From Pavona decussata (lineage: Eukaryota): a stretch of DNA of 64,000 bases. Positions 61,299 through 64,000 of this stretch are shown piece by piece. Position numbers and translations under genes: made by a program. Under the pieces are notes generated by a model that did no database searches, was not told the origin of the DNA, and saw nothing but the letters and a program-made list of their open reading frames with translations. Location of the stretch: assembly GCA_977016875.1 (NCBI GenBank), contig CDRNST010000226.1, forward strand, positions 930,001-994,000, given 5' to 3'. Within the stretch, counting starts at the first letter, position 1, and every line of letters starts with the position of its first letter.

Positions 61299-62351
61299 TT
61301 GAAATGAATTAGTTTTTTACTTATTTACTATCTAATCTGAGAGTAGATTTCGACTCTGAAAAGAGAAGTCGGAATGCTATGCTAACTATGCGAGGCCACA
61401 TCGTTGCTCCTCTTAGTGTTACACTCTGTCATCGTTGAATGAAGTGCTTATTCTTACTGCTATGTTAATGTCAAAAAAGAAATAAGCGCACAGCCCTGAT
61501 AAGCGTCCTCTCTTGAGCGACCAAAATTGAATTAGCATCCCGAGACAAGGCCAGATTCACGACAGCAACAACAACAACAGCTTTATTTTCACATTTCCTT
61601 GCCCTCCCAAGCCCTTCTAAGTTGAGATGCATCTTAAGTATTGTTCTTTTTTTTAACAGAAGTCTATTTTTAGAAAAAGAATAAACTATATATAGTTCAG
61701 AAACAATAATTACGGGATACATCTTAACCGAGTAAGGAGGGCATCGTGCGTGAGTCTGGTGCCCAGCGGCAAATCGAATCATTATTGATAGGTATAGGCA
61801 TCCCCCGAGGTATACTGCTTTACAACCGTTTTGGTCTGAAATGGGTCTCGATTTCAAACGATCTGAAAACGGGTATGAGTTTTAGAGGCTAGGTCTGAAA
61901 TTAGGTATGGAAAAATTCATTATATATTATATATTTTTATTTAAATGTTGTACCGTGTAGGTGGTGTATTGCATGCTCAGTGAGGAAGGCCAGGTTACAT
62001 CTTGAAATTTTTTTTTTACTTTGGCGCGTTCTTTTGGGACTATTCCGGGATAGGAATACTCGGAATAGACGGTATGTGTGTTCTTTTGGGAGCTATTCCG
62101 TTTTCGGAATGAACGGAATATCATTCTTTTCATTCTGCTCCCGATAGCAGAAACTGAGAATGGAAGGAATACGGTTTACTCGGAATAGACAGAATACGCG
62201 TTCTTTTGGGAAATTTTTGGCGGGAAATCCTACGCTGCCGCTCGCGCGCGCAGACATAGCAGTTCTCAGGTCACCTCCGCCATGGGTTTTCCGTTTCCAG
62301 ATTTTAGGAGCGTTCTTTTCGAATTTGAAATTCCATGTATTCTGTTATTCC

Positions 62352-62455
62352 TTAGCCTCCCGCGCAGACGTCCTTAGGGGTTCGTCACGCGTTTTCTCCC
62401 CCACGTGGAGGAGGAAACGCGTGACGAACCCCTGAGGACGCCTGCGTGGGAGGCT
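62352..62455. mobile_element. Short hairpin MITE nested in a larger MITE (62023-62506)
   Basis: Near-perfect palindrome agcctcccgcgcagacgtcc...ggacgcctgcgtgggaggct. tgttattcc is repeated on both sides. Confidence 0.75.
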
Positions 62456-62516
62456 TGTTATTCCGGAATAAGAATAGCTAGAATAGCCCCAAAAGAATGC
62501 ACCCTTGAAGTCAACC

Positions 62517-63370
62517 AGCGCTTACCGTTTAAGTGGAATTTTCGATAAGAATTGTTCGACAAATGGTACTGGACTTTCCCCACTGGAGGAAACAGAAGAG
62601 GAACTTGCTGTAATTTACTGAGTATGCCTGTGTCACTCTGAATAATATATCATTCTCATTCATTCACCAGGCTTAAAATATACCATCACGTTTATGCCAT
62701 TGCGCATATGCCACACATTGACATTCAAATCCTAGCAGTATGCAGGATGTTTGACCCATGAACCTAGTTTAATGGCCTTAGTTCCCAGGAGTCTCCTGTA
62801 GCTCAGTGGTAGAGCATCCAAACTAGTAATGGGAAGGTCTTAGGTTCGACTTCTGACAGGGGCACTCAGATTTCCTTTTTTCAGAGTATGCCTGTGTCAT
62901 TCTCATTTCCGAAAACCGAAAGAGTCTGGATACAAACGAAGATGATGACCTATGTTTTGCTTGGACTACTAGGGTTTTTGGAGCACGAAAATGAGTTTCA
63001 CTTGAAACTCCTGAAGAAGCAGAAGAAGACGTAAATCTTTTCTTTACAGTATCTTCATTGATCAGGACAAAAGCTGAACCGAATTCAGGAATATTTTGAG
63101 CTATCATTCCCAATTCAGTTATTCGAAGATCCTACATCGGCTGTATGTGAAGCCGCCATGTTTTGCCAAGTCATGTTTCCTGCTTTTGCGATGAAGCTTG
63201 GTTCTATTAATGTAAACAAATGGTAGAGAAAATTCCGTTCGTTTTGGTGAAAGCGAGAAAAAGTAACAACTCGGAAGGTATTACTTTTCTTTTCGGAAAA
63301 TATCCGTTGGGATGAACTGTTCCATTTGTTTTCCAACCGATTTTTCCATTGATACAAATGGTAAGCGCCC
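62517..63370. mobile_element. Non-autonomous DNA element with gcgcttacc TIRs, hosting the tRNA-derived insertion
   Basis: Ends are agcgcttaccgttt / aaatggtaagcgcc. Related TIRs at 6432-6660 and 48245-48567. Confidence 0.6.
62620..62899 (+). mobile_element. tRNA-Thr(AGT)-derived element with terminal redundancy (unit ~264 bp)
   Basis: gagtatgcctgtgtca occurs at both ends. The tRNA-like part (~62792-62863) has TAGCTCAGTGG, loop CTAGTAA and GGTTCGACT. Related copies at 4823-5026 and 56748-56893. Confidence 0.8.
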
Positions 63371-64000
63371 AGGCTCTACTCCAATTCTGTCCCTTCAACA
63401 ACGTAAAATATTCAACATGACGTCAGTATCAGTTAAATAGAAAATGAGAGAAAATAAAGTGATATGCCTTGTCTTCAACAAATAGCAACACCGTTTTAAA
63501 ATGTTGCAAGCGATTTTTTTATTTCACGCTTTTGGTGAGTGCGACACGGAACTTATTCCTAGCAAATGATCACTATTTCGAGCAGGGGGTAGGTGGAAGG
63601 GGGTGGAGAAGGCATCGTTACTTGTAGAATTCACAATTCATTTCCTTTTCTTATAGTAAATGAGAGAAAATCAAGTAATTTGTCATTGCTTCAACAAGTT
63701 ACAACACCGTTGCATGTAACTTATTTCCCAGATTTTAAATAATATTTTAGCAATTACGAGATTGCTTTTAATCATATGTGATGTTTAACTATTTTTATGT
63801 ACTTTTTGACTTTTATTGTACATATTTAAGCTATGTTTTTTTTATTATTTTGTAGTAGTCATAAATTGCACAGGGCCTATATTGATACCAGCCTAGTGCT
63901 GAAAGGGCCACCCTGCCTAAATAAAGATGACTTGACTCGTTGACCGTTTGAAAATTTTGCGAACGATTTGGGACCGTGTTTCAAATTCTATTTCGCGCTT

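Noticed and set aside
62920-63200. Possible transposase N-terminal remnant inside the 62517-63370 element
   Set aside because: It is interrupted by a stop and shows no catalytic motif, so there is not enough to call.

Overview
Eukaryotic, AT-rich, intron-rich genomic DNA. The gene set and repeat families point to an anthozoan, probably a stony coral (inference). Six protein-coding genes were reconstructed by hand from GT-AG exons: (1) the 3' part of an adhesion/class-B-type GPCR (+, 434-8565); (2) a secreted C-type lectin + PAN/apple-domain protein (+, 11645-15974); (3) a TMEM126-like gene (+, 18758-19273); (4) an RNF139/TRC8-family RING-H2 E3 ligase (-, 24148-28646); (5) AP5B1, the AP-5 complex beta subunit (+, 29116-54265, 35-37 exons), head-to-head with the E3 ligase; (6) an uncharacterised basic protein (-, 55924-56625). 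Introns and intergenic DNA hold a decayed Penelope retroelement, L2 and L1/Tx1 3' fragments, tRNA-derived SINEs, many MITEs (several nested) and microsatellites. The best leads are a tandemly duplicated, phase-compatible exon pair and a U12-type intron in AP5B1, two families of terminally redundant tRNA-cored elements (one demonstrably circularly permuted), a variant hammerhead ribozyme at the Penelope end, a four-level nest of MITEs, and a GA/GA + GNA-triloop hairpin shared by otherwise dissimilar palindromic repeats. Exon coordinates were counted manually and may be off by a base or two. Homology calls rest on recalled family motifs, not database searches.
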